From an uncultured Eubacteriales bacterium (GTDB lineage Bacteria > Bacillota > Clostridia > UBA1381 > UMGS1253): a DNA stretch of 64,000 nt. Of this stretch, positions 63,692 to 64,000 are shown piece after piece. The position numbers and the translations under genes are program-made. Position 1 is the first letter of the stretch. Each line of letters begins with the position of its first letter. The notes beneath the pieces were generated by a model. The model had not been told where the DNA came from. It was given only the letters and a program-made list of their open reading frames with translations, and ran no database searches. The stretch spans positions 348,652 through 412,651 of the forward strand of contig CABUKE010000001.1 in NCBI GenBank assembly GCA_902492065.1, read 5' to 3'.

Positions 63692-64000
63692 ATGCACAAA
63701 AAAGCAAAAAAGATTGTAAGCGTTTTGCTTACGGCGGCGATGCTTCTGTCGTCATCGAGCGCATTTGCGTTCAGTTTTGACGATTATGACAGCGAGGCCG
63801 GGGACCGCTTTGTAGCGGATTACTATGCGAATAAGGAAAGCTATTATCAGACGGATAATAAGGTAACGCGCTTTCCCGCATATGCGCAGCCGCATAAGCT
63901 CTATACAGACGCGGAAATGCAGAATGAGGGGATTCATAACTTTATTCCCGAGGTCAGCAGCGAGATTGGTGCGCAGATACAGGCTGCCGGCGGGGACAAC
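63692..64000 (+). CDS. Secreted protein of unknown function, 3' end cut by window edge
   Basis: ATG after the SD gggggagagg. The signal peptide is MHKKAKKIVSVLLTAAMLLSSSSAFA. The frame stays open to base 64000, so the ORF is absent from the ORF track for lack of a stop. Confidence 0.6.
   Translation, partial: MHKKAKKIVSVLLTAAMLLSSSSAFAFSFDDYDSEAGDRFVADYYANKESYYQTDNKVTRFPAYAQPHKLYTDAEMQNEGIHNFIPEVSSEIGAQIQAAGGDN

Noticed and set aside
1-64000. Search for CRISPR arrays, cas genes, transposases, integrases, phage structural genes, reverse transcriptases, restriction-modification or other recognisable defence genes, and rRNA.
   Set aside because: I found no regularly spaced direct repeats and no ORF with motifs of these families. 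The only toxin-antitoxin module is the conserved chromosomal mazEF next to alr. The window is essentially core genome.

Overview
This window looks like core chromosome from an endospore-forming Clostridia genome (Oscillospiraceae/Ruminococcaceae-like), with GC in the mid-50s % judged by eye. I call about 70 protein genes and one tRNA (Leu-GAG). I found no rRNA, CRISPR array, transposase, integrase or phage structural genes.

Recognisable blocks:
- pgi and thrC.
- An [FeFe]-hydrogenase maturation cluster: TM1266-like regulator, hydG, hydF.
- rsmD-coaD.
- ylxM-ffh-rpsP-KH-rimM-trmD.
- sigH.
- ktrB-ktrA.
- A tightly packed minus-strand string: CDF transporter, WG-repeat protein, cca, GH42 beta-galactosidase, sugar acetyltransferase.
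- spoIIGA-sigE-sigG.
- A DnaD-like/DnaC-like loader pair.
- acpS-nnr-alr-mazE-mazF.
- radC.
- rpmG-secE-nusG-rplKAJL with an L10 leader.
- Two large secreted heparinase II/III-like multidomain proteins.

I did not find a convincing multi-gene novel defence or mobile system. The best non-routine signals are:
1. A consensus promoter exactly bracketed by an 11-nt perfect inverted repeat, between an XRE regulator and a YpsA-like SLOG/DUF1273 gene.
2. An Arc-like RHH gene divergent from a SAM methyltransferase, with a 19-nt palindrome at the methyltransferase promoter.
3. An attenuator-like pair of mutually exclusive helices abutting the hyd operon RBS.
4. An FAD oxidoreductase start/stop-overlapped with trmD where rplS is expected.
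5. A synteny break with an AT-rich tract after rplL where rpoB is expected.
6. The heparinase-like proteins, one co-transcribed with a low-GC Cys-motif membrane protein.

All calls come from reading the sequence and ORF translations. No database searches were run. The many long antisense ORFs in the track are explained as codon-aligned artefacts.
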